In this document: positions 16,036-25,169 of the stretch, in pieces
Numbering within the stretch: the first letter of the stretch is position 1
Layout: every line of letters starts with the position of its first letter
Source of the DNA: a virus
Lineage: Duplodnaviria > Caudoviricetes
Virus record (IMG/VR): IMGVR_UViG_3300025835_000024
Coordinates: 1 to 31,599 of that record
DNA length: 31,599 nt
Direction: 5' to 3' (one strand)
Notes under the pieces: generated by a model
What the model saw: the letters and a program-made list of their open reading frames with translations, nothing else
What the model was told of the DNA's origin: nothing
The model's database searches: none
Translations under genes and position numbers: made by a program

Positions 16036-18287
16036 CGTTGTCGATCTTCGAGGGCGGGTCCGGAGGTGGGAACCGCTGGATCATCGGGATCAAGATCTCG
16101 ACGATCGGGGACTCGTCGACCAGTCCGATCGACGGTCGGTACCGCCTGGCGAGCGGTGTGCCCACGTGGGATAGCTCCAACATGTACCGTTCGGCCCTGG
16201 TGGGCTGGCCCGCCGAGATCACGTCGACGGTGGACTACCGGGGCGGCGCGACCACGATCGGCGGCCTGGACCTGGACCTACTCCGGACGGACGAGGTTGC
16301 CGGGTGGCTCCAGCGCGTCCGCTTCAACAAGGTCTCCCAGCTCAACCTGGGTATCGCGGCCGCAGGGACGACGGTCGTCCTGGACACAGCCGTGGGCGAG
16401 GGTGTCGACGTCGTGATCGGGCGGGAGGTCCTCCTGCTCGGGACGGAGTCTGGGGCGGGTCCGTACACGTACACCGACTGCGCGCGGGGGCGTCTGGGGA
16501 CGATTGACGCGGCCCACGGCGAGACCGGGGTGTCCATCGCGCTCCAGCCCTTGGTGGACGCCGAGGTCTACCTGGCGGGCGAGGCCCCGATCTACGACCT
16601 GCCGGTCGAGCTGTTCGTCGTCGATGCGGTCGACGGTGGATACGACGACGAGGAGACCTTGTGGACCGGCGTGATCCACGGGGTGCTCTGGGACGGAGCC
16701 AAGGGCGCCCTGCGCCTCACGCTGGACTCGGCGCTGGACATCCTTGGTCGCACCACGTTGCTCCGGCGCCAGTGGAGGTCGCGTGGGGGCGCCGGGACGC
16801 TCGCCTGGCGCGGCTCCGGAGAGCCCGTCGGCGACACCATGACGCACACACCCGGCGACGACGAGATCACGTACCGGACCTGCCTGCTGTACGACGGGAC
16901 CTACTGCCTGCGCTCGGGCGTGAGACGTATTGGTGTCGGGCCTGAGTGGATGCACTCACTCACCGGGCGCGACGTGCCCGCCGATCCCGTGCTCTTCGGC
17001 GGAGGCGCGCCCTTGCCCCCGGCGGCGGACGACGGTGGGATCGGTTACTTCGGGGACCAGTTCCGCCAGGTCTTCGCCGCCGCCCCGGGCGCGCCTGCCG
17101 TCAACGACGCCGGCGCCACCCTGTCGACCAACGCCATCACGCTGGCGCTCCAGCTGTTGACGACCACCGCGACGGGAGGCAACGGCGCCTATGATCTCGG
17201 TGTGGAGGACCTCGGGTGTGGGATCCCGGCGTCACTGATCGACGTGGCCGGGATGGAGGCCCTGGCCGCGATCGCGGGGGACGGAGTGGACCTCGACGCG
17301 TGGTTCCTCGGCCTGGATGGCAAGCCTGTGAAGGCCGTGGACGCGATCGACAGCGCGATCCTGGCCTTCGGGTTGCGCCTGGCCCCTCGCGAGGGGGGCA
17401 AGATCGGCCTGGCCTGGCTCGTCGACGGGGCGATGGACACCACGGCGATCGGCGAGGCCGCGCTCATGGAGCCCCCAGCGACGGACTACCGCGCGGTGCC
17501 CGCCGTGTCGGAGGTGACGGTCTCGTGGGACGAGCGGCCGGGGCTGGAGGCGCGGTCGTCGGTCTTCCGGGCAGGGTACTCCGTCTCCCGCTCGGTCGGC
17601 GGGGCCAACACCGCCATCGAGATCAAGGCGCCGGGGATCCGGAGCGCCCGCGTCGCGGAGGCCCTGGGGCAGGACTGGACGACGCTGTACTACGTCCCGA
17701 TCCCGGTCGTGACTCTCGTCGCCCGCCGCACGGTGTCCCTGTGGCCTGGCGACGCGGTCCAGTTGACGCACGGTGTCATGTCCGACGCGGTGGGTGTCCG
17801 GGGCCTGGTCGACGGCGGCGGCGTCGTGGCGAGCCGGACCCTGTCCCTGGAGGCCGGGACCATCCGCTACACGATCTGGTGGACCGGGGCGCGGTACGGG
17901 CGCATTGGGCGCATTGGGCCCTCGGCGCGGGTCGCGTCTTACTCGGCCCCCGACGTCACGGCGGAGGTCAACGCCTTCACCTCGGCGTTGGGCTCGCCGG
18001 CGACCGACACGGCAGCGTGGACGGCGCTCATCACGCTGGCGGGGTCGCTGGCCGTGTTGATCCTCGACTCGGACCTCAGCGTCCGGGGGACCGCCACGCT
18101 GACCACGGCGTCGGGCACGACCCTGACCCTGAGCGCGCCGACGGTGGACCCGGTGGCGGGGGACGTGATCGTCCTGGCGGCCTACGACGCAGTAGGGGCC
18201 GAGGAGCAGGCGCGGTACGCGTACCTGGCCGCCGCCGCTGAGACCCTGGGGAGCGCGTCTGACGACGCGTACGAGTGGACCACATGA
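16032..18287 (+). CDS. Putative tail-tip hub/central tail protein (751 aa)
   Basis: ATGA-coupled; CARGRLGTIDAAHG motif and LWPGDAVQLTH OB-like segment seen in phage tail proteins. Confidence 0.6.
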   Translation: MTLSIFEGGSGGGNRWIIGIKISTIGDSSTSPIDGRYRLASGVPTWDSSNMYRSALVGWPAEITSTVDYRGGATTIGGLDLDLLRTDEVAGWLQRVRFNKVSQLNLGIAAAGTTVVLDTAVGEGVDVVIGREVLLLGTESGAGPYTYTDCARGRLGTIDAAHGETGVSIALQPLVDAEVYLAGEAPIYDLPVELFVVDAVDGGYDDEETLWTGVIHGVLWDGAKGALRLTLDSALDILGRTTLLRRQWRSRGGAGTLAWRGSGEPVGDTMTHTPGDDEITYRTCLLYDGTYCLRSGVRRIGVGPEWMHSLTGRDVPADPVLFGGGAPLPPAADDGGIGYFGDQFRQVFAAAPGAPAVNDAGATLSTNAITLALQLLTTTATGGNGAYDLGVEDLGCGIPASLIDVAGMEALAAIAGDGVDLDAWFLGLDGKPVKAVDAIDSAILAFGLRLAPREGGKIGLAWLVDGAMDTTAIGEAALMEPPATDYRAVPAVSEVTVSWDERPGLEARSSVFRAGYSVSRSVGGANTAIEIKAPGIRSARVAEALGQDWTTLYYVPIPVVTLVARRTVSLWPGDAVQLTHGVMSDAVGVRGLVDGGGVVASRTLSLEAGTIRYTIWWTGARYGRIGRIGPSARVASYSAPDVTAEVNAFTSALGSPATDTAAWTALITLAGSLAVLILDSDLSVRGTATLTTASGTTLTLSAPTVDPVAGDVIVLAAYDAVGAEEQARYAYLAAAAETLGSASDDAYEWTT

Positions 18288-20029
18288 CTGTACGCCCCAT
18301 CGACACCGCCTCTGCCGCCCTCGGCGCCGACGCCCAGCTCGCCAGTGCCATCCTGACCTACGCCGCCGAGACGGGACGGGCCGCGCTGGCGGACTGCACG
18401 CGGTCCTGCACGGCGACCTACGATTACCGCCACCCGCCGCTCCTGCACTCGGTCCCGGCCGGACAGGAGGAGTGGGCGGACCCTGACGCCCAGCTCGGGT
18501 GGCTCGTGTACCTCTGGCGGGCGGGACCCGGCGCGGACTCGCTCACGGTGCGAGTCCGGTGCACGCACTCCGACGTCACGGGGGGGACCATGGGGCTGCA
18601 CGTCACGCCCCTGGACGACTACTACGCCCGTCGCGTGCTGCCGCCGGCAATCGACACGGACGCCGGCGCCGCCGGCGAGACCACGGTCACCCTGACCGCG
18701 ACGGACCTGGAGCTGGTCGAGGGCGACCTGTACGTCGTCGCGGTGTCGTGGGCGTCGACGCTGCACAGCGTCTCCGAGCTGTGGTTCGACGCCGACACCG
18801 TGGACGGCGGGGGCCTCCCGACCGGCGGGTCGGGGTTTGACGACTGGGCCTACGACTACCTCCGGAGCGCCAACGGCCAGACCACGTATTGGTGGGACGG
18901 GTCGACGTTCGCGGCCTTCGCCGACGCGACGGTGCCCTACCTCGTTGAGATCCTCGAGGGCGCCGCCTACGCCACGGTGGCATGGTCCACGGGCAAGGCT
19001 GCGGACGGTAAACCCTTGCCCAATGGCAGGCTCGCCCACCGGACCGGCCTGAACCTCGCGCGCTTCGGCGTCATCGCCGATTTCATCCACGTGTTCCCGT
19101 CGCTCGAAGAGCGATCGTCCCTGTACGAGGGGACGCTCACGACCGCGAACATCTGGGTCCGTCGCACGGCTCTGAGCTACGTCAAGGTTCACGGTGTCGA
19201 GATCCTCGAGGGCGTCGTGGCCCCGAGCGCCCTCGGCGCTCGCCTGGCGCCGGAGCAACCGACGTCCATCAGGGCGTGGCGGTCGGCGTCTCAGTACGCA
19301 GAGACCGTGGTCGGTCACCGGTCCCGGCCCCTGGCGATCGCCCCGACCCCGGACTACTCGGCGACGGAGCCCCACCACTACAGCCCCGACGACCCCCGAG
19401 CCATTGTGGGTTATCGCCAGCTCGCCCTGCCGGTCCACCGACTCACGACGACCTTCGGCACGGTCTTGCTCGTGCCGTGGGGCGAGCTCGCGCAGGTCAA
19501 CACCGGTGGGGTCGACTACATCGGTCGGGACCTGCTCGTGGCCCTCGTCGCGGAGGTTTTCTTCGCGGGGGACGCCGGTGTGCCGGGCGAGATCACGTTG
19601 GTCTGGGACGCGTGGAGCGTCGTCTACGGCTCGACGACGCGGCCCCCGGCCGCACACCAGGTCGAGGTCATCGCGACGACGACGCCCTACGACCGACCGC
19701 GTGGGGAGGACTCGCACGCGGCGCAGTGGTGGGGGTTGGTGACACCCAACGACACCGACGGCTCCATGCCTGTGCGCCACTCCGGCGAGGCCTGCGTCTG
19801 CCCGACCGTGCTGTCGAGCGAGGCCCCGTCGCGGGTGGAGCTGCGGGTGCCCGCCAGCGCCGTGCGGGCCGTCGAGCCCGAGAACCAGCTCGCCCTCCGC
19901 GTCAAGAGCCCCGGTCGGAGTTCCACCGGGACGCCCTACGGGACGACCGCGCGGGTGTACCTCCGCGTCGTCGCCCTGTCCGTCTGCACCGTGCCGTCGC
20001 TCGACGCGACGGACCTGGAGGCTACATGA
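18284..20029 (+). CDS. Putative virion tail protein (581 aa)
   Basis: ATG 18284 overlaps upstream TGA; strong GC3 bias; within tail block; no family recognised. Confidence 0.55.
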   Translation: MTVRPIDTASAALGADAQLASAILTYAAETGRAALADCTRSCTATYDYRHPPLLHSVPAGQEEWADPDAQLGWLVYLWRAGPGADSLTVRVRCTHSDVTGGTMGLHVTPLDDYYARRVLPPAIDTDAGAAGETTVTLTATDLELVEGDLYVVAVSWASTLHSVSELWFDADTVDGGGLPTGGSGFDDWAYDYLRSANGQTTYWWDGSTFAAFADATVPYLVEILEGAAYATVAWSTGKAADGKPLPNGRLAHRTGLNLARFGVIADFIHVFPSLEERSSLYEGTLTTANIWVRRTALSYVKVHGVEILEGVVAPSALGARLAPEQPTSIRAWRSASQYAETVVGHRSRPLAIAPTPDYSATEPHHYSPDDPRAIVGYRQLALPVHRLTTTFGTVLLVPWGELAQVNTGGVDYIGRDLLVALVAEVFFAGDAGVPGEITLVWDAWSVVYGSTTRPPAAHQVEVIATTTPYDRPRGEDSHAAQWWGLVTPNDTDGSMPVRHSGEACVCPTVLSSEAPSRVELRVPASAVRAVEPENQLALRVKSPGRSSTGTPYGTTARVYLRVVALSVCTVPSLDATDLEAT

Positions 20030-21219
20030 GCCTGACCATCCCCACGACCCACACCCGCCCCGACACGCGGACCACCGGCGTCTGGCGCGGCGGCGCGATC
20101 CGTGCGACGCAGGTTGCCGCCCTCGCGGCCAACGCCATCCACGCCTACGCCCTCGGCGCCCGGCGCACCGCGCTATCCCTGCGGGCGATCGACGTTGTGG
20201 GGCAGGCGACGTACACGACCGTCGCCAAGGTTCCCTTCGCCTTCGCTGCGGGGCGCGAGGCGGTGGGGCTCCAGATCGTCGTGCAGTTGGACAACGCCGA
20301 CGTGCGGATCACGCTCCGCAACGCCACGGACACCGTGGACCTGGCGACGTGGACGGACGCGTCCACGGGGACCGGGACCGTGAAGGCCTCCGTGGGGCCG
20401 TCCGCCAGCGCGGACGTCCTGGTCAAGATCGAGGCGCGAGAGCACTCCGGCGCCGGCGGGACGATCCCGCTGGTGCACCTGTACGAGCGCGGCCACACGC
20501 AGTACACGTATCCCAACGCCGTCCTGGACCACGTGGCCATCGCGCAGTCGTATGCGTGGGATCACGTCTGGTCCTTTGACGCCGCCGGGACCAGCACCGA
20601 GGACGTGGGGGGCGTGGGGGGCTCGACGTTGACCCGCACGGCCAACGTCACCAACTACGCGCCGATCTACGATGGCACGCGAGGCTACGACCGAATCACG
20701 GTGCACGCGGCGTCGACCGGAGACTACTCCGGCAACATCAACGTCTCGCGCACGAGCGACTGTTTCTTCGAGGCCATCTTCACGCTGCCCGAGGCGCAGA
20801 CCGCCGCCGGTGTTTACACCCTCGCGGCGGTGGGGCAGGGCACCGCCGCCAGCGGCTTCTGTTTGATCCGATACTATGCCACCGCCGACGTCGTGCGGGT
20901 CTACAACGCGCCGGGGTCATCGCTGATCGCGGCCCTGACCGGCCTGAACGCCGCCACGCTCGCAGCCGGGCCGGTGTACATCGCCGTGTGGTGGGACCAC
21001 GCGGCGTTGACTTATCGGGTCTACTGGAACGCCGGCGCCGGCGAGACTGCGCTGTCCGCCGCCGGTGGCGCGGGGGCGGGCTCGACGGCCCGACCCATCG
21101 GCCTGGGATACTCGACCGCCGACTCCAGCGCCAAGATGGGTGTGCATTACGCCGCCTTTAGTCGGGGTGAGCCCGACGCGACTTACCGCAGCCTCCAGTA
21201 CGCGGCACGCGGCTGGTGA
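20026..21219 (+). CDS. Putative receptor-binding/tail protein with C-terminal LamG/ConA-like beta-sandwich (397 aa)
   Basis: True start ATG 20026 (GGAGG RBS, ATGA overlap) rather than 19276; HVWSFD, FFEAIF, YIAVWWD..YRVYWN, IGLG resemble LamG-like domains. Confidence 0.6.
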   Translation: MSLTIPTTHTRPDTRTTGVWRGGAIRATQVAALAANAIHAYALGARRTALSLRAIDVVGQATYTTVAKVPFAFAAGREAVGLQIVVQLDNADVRITLRNATDTVDLATWTDASTGTGTVKASVGPSASADVLVKIEAREHSGAGGTIPLVHLYERGHTQYTYPNAVLDHVAIAQSYAWDHVWSFDAAGTSTEDVGGVGGSTLTRTANVTNYAPIYDGTRGYDRITVHAASTGDYSGNINVSRTSDCFFEAIFTLPEAQTAAGVYTLAAVGQGTAASGFCLIRYYATADVVRVYNAPGSSLIAALTGLNAATLAAGPVYIAVWWDHAALTYRVYWNAGAGETALSAAGGAGAGSTARPIGLGYSTADSSAKMGVHYAAFSRGEPDATYRSLQYAARGW

Positions 21220-21228
21220 CGCTGGCAC

Positions 21229-21257
21229 TTGCGCTTGGCACGGTTTGTGCCTATACT
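21229..21257 (+). promoter_or_regulatory. sigma70-type promoter with a sigma54-like/palindromic site filling its spacer
   Basis: TTGCGC-N17-TATACT; the spacer contains TGGCACGGTTTGTGCC (21236-21251); in the only sizeable intergenic gap of the tail/lysis region. Confidence 0.65.
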
Positions 21258-21331
21258 GGTCCCTGTACGGCGCACCGTCGCCGGGGCATCCCGCCCCACC
21301 CGCTCACGCGGGCCCCACCTGGAGTACGCCC

Positions 21332-21649
21332 ATGGCCAGCAATCAGTGTCTCGTCCGATCCTCCGGCCCCCTCCAGATCGCGGCTGCGTCGGTGACGCAG
21401 GCCACGGTCTCCCTCACGACCGTGGACAAGGAACTGCTGGCCCCAGGGACGTACCGCTGGATCTTGATCCAGAACCGGGGCACCACTGCGGCCTACCTGT
21501 CCCTCGACGGGGGTGCGGCCGTCGTCGCGGACGGCTTCGAGCTTCTGCCTGGTGGCACCCACCGCCAGGAGGCGACGGTCCTCGGGGCGGGGATCCGTGG
21601 GATCCGCAGCTCCGGCACGGGCAACGTCATCGTCGCGACGGGGGTCTAA
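21332..21649 (+). CDS. Small beta-sandwich virion-type protein (105 aa)
   Basis: GGAG RBS, ATG 21332; RWILIQNRGTTAAYL...GFELLPGG pattern of small jelly-roll-like phage proteins. Confidence 0.6.
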   Translation: MASNQCLVRSSGPLQIAAASVTQATVSLTTVDKELLAPGTYRWILIQNRGTTAAYLSLDGGAAVVADGFELLPGGTHRQEATVLGAGIRGIRSSGTGNVIVATGV

Positions 21650-21651
21650 CC

Positions 21652-22479
21652 ATGGAAACCCGACGCCACGTGGCGACCTACCCATCCATCCAGTCCTACC
21701 TCGACGACGGCGGAGACCTCGACGCCGGGACCCTCGTCGAGGTCTACGGCAGCGTCCTCGGGACCGTCGTGGCGACCGGTCGCCACGACGGCACCGACGG
21801 CCCCGCGGCGCTGTTCAGGGCGCGGGACCACGTGCTGTTCAGCGCCCTCGCGCTCGGCGAGGGCCTCAGTCTAGAGGCCGGATCCGCCGGCCAGGTCACC
21901 CGGCACGCCGACGGTGACATCCTGATCACGTTGACGGAGGCCGCACCGACGTGCGAGCTTCGGCTCGACGTCTTCGGCGCGGCCTGGGGCTGCGGGATGG
22001 CCCGGCTCGTCCTGACCCCGGACCCCGGCGCCAGCGACCAGCCCACCGCCGACGCGCGGTGTGCCGTGGCCCTCGAGGTCGAGGGCTCGGTCAACGACGG
22101 CAACTACCTGGCGCAGGAGATCTACTGGACCGGGGCGGCGTGGGCGGAGCGGCTGGCCTACAACGTCGGCGCCGGCGAGGCCACGACCTCGGCTGCGGCC
22201 CTGTCCGGCACTGAGCCGACCGCGCTGGAGATCTTCGCGCGCGGGCGCGGGACCACCACCGCGCAAGACCCCCTCGGGACCGCGCAACGCAACCTCCCGG
22301 CCGCCGGCGCAGCCCCCGGCGGCACCATCAACATCGCCTGGATGACAGACGCCACGGACACCACACGCGTCGCCAGCGTCCGGGTCAAGGCCGACCTCCC
22401 CGCGCCCGGCGCGGGGGACACGGCGACCTTCAAACTTTCGCGGGCGTCTTGGGCCCCGATCCTCGGGAGGGTGGTGTGA
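21652..22479 (+). CDS. Hypothetical beta-rich protein (275 aa)
   Basis: ATG 21652 two bases after upstream stop; GC3 bias starts here; no family recognised. Confidence 0.6.
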   Translation: METRRHVATYPSIQSYLDDGGDLDAGTLVEVYGSVLGTVVATGRHDGTDGPAALFRARDHVLFSALALGEGLSLEAGSAGQVTRHADGDILITLTEAAPTCELRLDVFGAAWGCGMARLVLTPDPGASDQPTADARCAVALEVEGSVNDGNYLAQEIYWTGAAWAERLAYNVGAGEATTSAAALSGTEPTALEIFARGRGTTTAQDPLGTAQRNLPAAGAAPGGTINIAWMTDATDTTRVASVRVKADLPAPGAGDTATFKLSRASWAPILGRVV

Positions 22480-23381
22480 TTACGCTGGACCAGCCGCAGA
22501 CCCTCGCGGTGGGGGAGGTCCTGGACCTCGGCGGGGACACCCTGGTGCGCTCTGCCCTCCACGCAGGCGTCGCGGGGCATGGGGTCGTGCCCCGGCACGG
22601 CTCCGTGGTCCGTGCCGGGACGCTGGACGGCACGGCCTCCCGCGTGGGGGGCTCGGCCAAGGCTCACGGCGTCGCCGTGGGCAACCTCGGCGCCAAAGAC
22701 GACCGCGCGATCGACCGCGTGGTAGTGGACCGGGTCCGAGTAGTGGGTTGGCAGCACGCCGGCGTCTACGTCGGGCACAGCGCCCACGTCGAGCTCCGGG
22801 GGCTCTCCGGAGCGAGTGGCTCGGCGGGACAGGGCGCGATCGTCCTGGCCGGGGTGCGGTCCCATGCACGCGTCCGGGGGTGCGACGTGGACCACGTCAA
22901 CATTGAGATCTCCGCCAACGGCGACCCCACCCACGTAGCACTGGGGCGGACCCGGTGCGGGTACCTCGGCGGCCAGCTCCGCAACGCTGGCTCGACCCTC
23001 CGCCTCACGGACGTCGAGGTCACGATCCGGGCGGACCTGCACACCCCGGTCTGGGTGGAGGCGATCCGGACCACCGTTGAGGCCCTGGACACGCGCCAGC
23101 CCGGAGACCAGACCTGGCGCGGCTGCACCATCGGGCCCGTCGAGCTACAGTTCCAGACCGCGTCCCGGACCGTCGTCGAGGGGCAGGTCGTCCGCCTGGT
23201 CGACTGCACCGTCGGCCCGATCCAGGTCCGGGGCCAGGGCGAGCTACACCTGACCCGGACCCCCGCCGTGATCACGGCGGTGCACCACGTCGCGGCCGGC
23301 CTACCCACCGCCGTGATGGTCTACGTGGCGGGCGAGGTCGCTGCGCTGTTGACCGACGGCGACGCCCTGGAGGTGCCGTGA
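22476..23381 (+). CDS. Right-handed beta-helix (pectate-lyase-like) protein, possible depolymerase
   Basis: GGGAGG RBS, GTGA overlap; LDLGGDTL, GTLDG, HGVAV, VVVDRVRVVGWQHAGVYV are beta-helix-type repeats. Confidence 0.55.
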   Translation: MITLDQPQTLAVGEVLDLGGDTLVRSALHAGVAGHGVVPRHGSVVRAGTLDGTASRVGGSAKAHGVAVGNLGAKDDRAIDRVVVDRVRVVGWQHAGVYVGHSAHVELRGLSGASGSAGQGAIVLAGVRSHARVRGCDVDHVNIEISANGDPTHVALGRTRCGYLGGQLRNAGSTLRLTDVEVTIRADLHTPVWVEAIRTTVEALDTRQPGDQTWRGCTIGPVELQFQTASRTVVEGQVVRLVDCTVGPIQVRGQGELHLTRTPAVITAVHHVAAGLPTAVMVYVAGEVAALLTDGDALEVP

Positions 23382-24190
23382 TGCGCAGGGCGGTCTTCCT
23401 TGGTTTTCGGCCCATCGACTCGACCGGGCTCAACCTCCTGCGCCGCGTGGGCGCGACGACCGTGATCCTCGGCCTCGACGACGAGGACGACGACGCGCGA
23501 GGCGTCGACCCCACGGACTACGCGGATCGGTGGACGGTGCGGCCGCAGCTCCAGGGCGGCCGTGCGGCCGCAACGCTCCGGGCGTGCAGGGACGCTGGCA
23601 TGCGGGTCGGTGTCCACGTCTGGGGGCGGCCGGTGCGGTCGTGGACCCACGCACAGGCGGCGGAGGTCCGAGCTATCCACGCCGCCGTGCCGCTGGACCG
23701 GGTTATGATCGACCACGAGCGCCACGGCCTCCGGATGGACCCGGTCCGGGGCGGCTACGGCTCGCACGCCGAGTGGGTCGCCGACGTGGCGCGCCTGTGG
23801 ACCGCGCCACCCTACGTCGGCGCCTACCCGTCCTGGCCCGAGCTGTGGTGCGCGATCTACGGCCTGCCGGGGGTTCGCCACGCCGAGCTTGTGCGGGTGT
23901 GCGCCGGCGCCGTGCCGATGGTCTACGGCGACCTCAAGCACACCGGCCTGGACCCCCTGCCCTTGTACCGTCGGAGCGCGCGCGCCTGCGCCGCGATCTT
24001 GCGCCCCGACCAGCGCTTGGTCATGGGCGTTGGAGCTTACGATCAGTCCCGGCCGGGGGTGACTGCCGAGGCGATGATCCAGCGGACGCTGGGGGCCCTC
24101 CGGGGGCATGACGTCGCGATCTGGTCCCTGCCCCACCTGCTACACAACCCCGGCGTCGTCCGGGCGCTGGAGGTACCACCATGCCCCTGA
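23378..24190 (+). CDS. TIM-barrel glycoside-hydrolase-like protein, candidate endolysin
   Basis: Alternating beta/alpha pattern: ACRDAGMRVGVHVW, VMIDHE (DxE), VPMVYG, VMGVGAY, VAIWS; directly upstream of a membrane protein at the end of the late arm. Confidence 0.55.
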   Translation: MMRRAVFLGFRPIDSTGLNLLRRVGATTVILGLDDEDDDARGVDPTDYADRWTVRPQLQGGRAAATLRACRDAGMRVGVHVWGRPVRSWTHAQAAEVRAIHAAVPLDRVMIDHERHGLRMDPVRGGYGSHAEWVADVARLWTAPPYVGAYPSWPELWCAIYGLPGVRHAELVRVCAGAVPMVYGDLKHTGLDPLPLYRRSARACAAILRPDQRLVMGVGAYDQSRPGVTAEAMIQRTLGALRGHDVAIWSLPHLLHNPGVVRALEVPPCP

Positions 24191-24561
24191 TCCCCGCCCG
24201 GCGCATGAGCGCCATCCTGACCTACGGCCCGCTGATCTCAGCGGGCGTCGCCCTCGCCGGCGCCACGGTCTACGCGTCCAGCGTCGCCGTCGCGCAGGAC
24301 CCCAGCGCGATCACGGGCATGTCCCCTGCCGGCATGGACCCGATGATGCTGGTGTACAGCGTCGCCATCCAGGCCATCATCGCGCTGGCGACCGCCGTGA
24401 CGGCGGCGCTCAAGGCCCGAGAGACCAACGTCGACGCCCTCCAGGCTCAGCTCGCCGATGCGGCGAAGGCGGCCGCGTCGGAGCGCGACGCCAAGATCGA
24501 GCTGAAGCTGAAGATCGCGGCGCTGGAGACGGAGGCCAGACTTCGGAGCGCGGGCCCTTAA
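24181..24561 (+). CDS. Membrane protein with C-terminal coiled coil (holin/spanin-like)
   Basis: GGAGG RBS; two hydrophobic segments then heptad-rich tail; last gene of the late arm. Confidence 0.55.
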   Translation: MPLIPARRMSAILTYGPLISAGVALAGATVYASSVAVAQDPSAITGMSPAGMDPMMLVYSVAIQAIIALATAVTAALKARETNVDALQAQLADAAKAAASERDAKIELKLKIAALETEARLRSAGP

Positions 24562-25169
24562 CCCTCGTAGGGTAAAATGTAGTGTTCGTAGCCTACGCGC
24601 ACGCGGCACGCCAGCCCCTCGGCCTCCAGGGCGCGCACGTCCTGCCAGGTCGCGGTCTCATGCACACCTGTCAGTGACGCCAGCTCCCGCACCAGCGCCC
24701 CTCCGCTCTCCCGGATGATGCGTAGCACGTGCGCCCGACGGTCGACGGTCGCCTGGCGCCGCGCTGCCAGCACCGCCTCACGACCCACACCGGGGTACCG
24801 CGTGGGCACCCCGTCGAGGGCCTCCGCCACCTTCGCCAGCGCCTCTTGCACCAGGTACTCCGCGCCGGGGTGTTTCAAGCCCAAGAGCTCCGACAGCTCG
24901 CGGTGGCTGGTCCCCCCACGCTCTTCGGCGACGGCCAGGGCGCACGTCGCAGGCATGTCCTCCACGTCGACGCCCGGCCACGTGTACGTGATCGACCCCC
25001 GCGACGTGACGCGGAGCCCCAGGTGGTACCGACACCCATACCAGGGGCAGGGCCCGGTGGGGCACTCGCTGCGGCAGGTCGGGCGCGACGGTAGGCCCTC
25101 CCCACGCTCGGGGTCCGCCCGGAGGGCGGCCCGTTGGGCTCTGAGGTTCTCGGTGCGTAGGGTGCTCAT
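24558..25169 (-). CDS. Cys-rich sigma70-region-4-like DNA-binding protein with extra C-terminal wHTH (203 aa)
   Basis: Start ATG 25169 overlaps upstream TGA; RPTCRSEC..PCPWYGCRYHL..GSI..DMPATCALAVAEERGGT then HTH; second HTH VRELASLTGVHETATWQDVRALEAEG. Confidence 0.7.
   Translation of the reverse strand: MSTLRTENLRAQRAALRADPERGEGLPSRPTCRSECPTGPCPWYGCRYHLGLRVTSRGSITYTWPGVDVEDMPATCALAVAEERGGTSHRELSELLGLKHPGAEYLVQEALAKVAEALDGVPTRYPGVGREAVLAARRQATVDRRAHVLRIIRESGGALVRELASLTGVHETATWQDVRALEAEGLACRVRVGYEHYILPYEG

Noticed and set aside
17898-17918. GGGCGCATT tandem duplication
   Set aside because: Two copies encoding GRIGRIG within a tail gene; unremarkable
19276-20025. N-terminal extensions given by the ORF track (also 21229-21651, 29696-30328, 31431-31598)
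   Set aside because: Arg/Pro-rich off-frame sequence overlapping real genes; better starts with RBS or stop-start coupling lie downstream
18284-23381. Diversity-generating retroelement or invertible tail-fibre cassette
   Set aside because: No reverse transcriptase or invertase, and no TR/VR-like repeat pair noticed by eye
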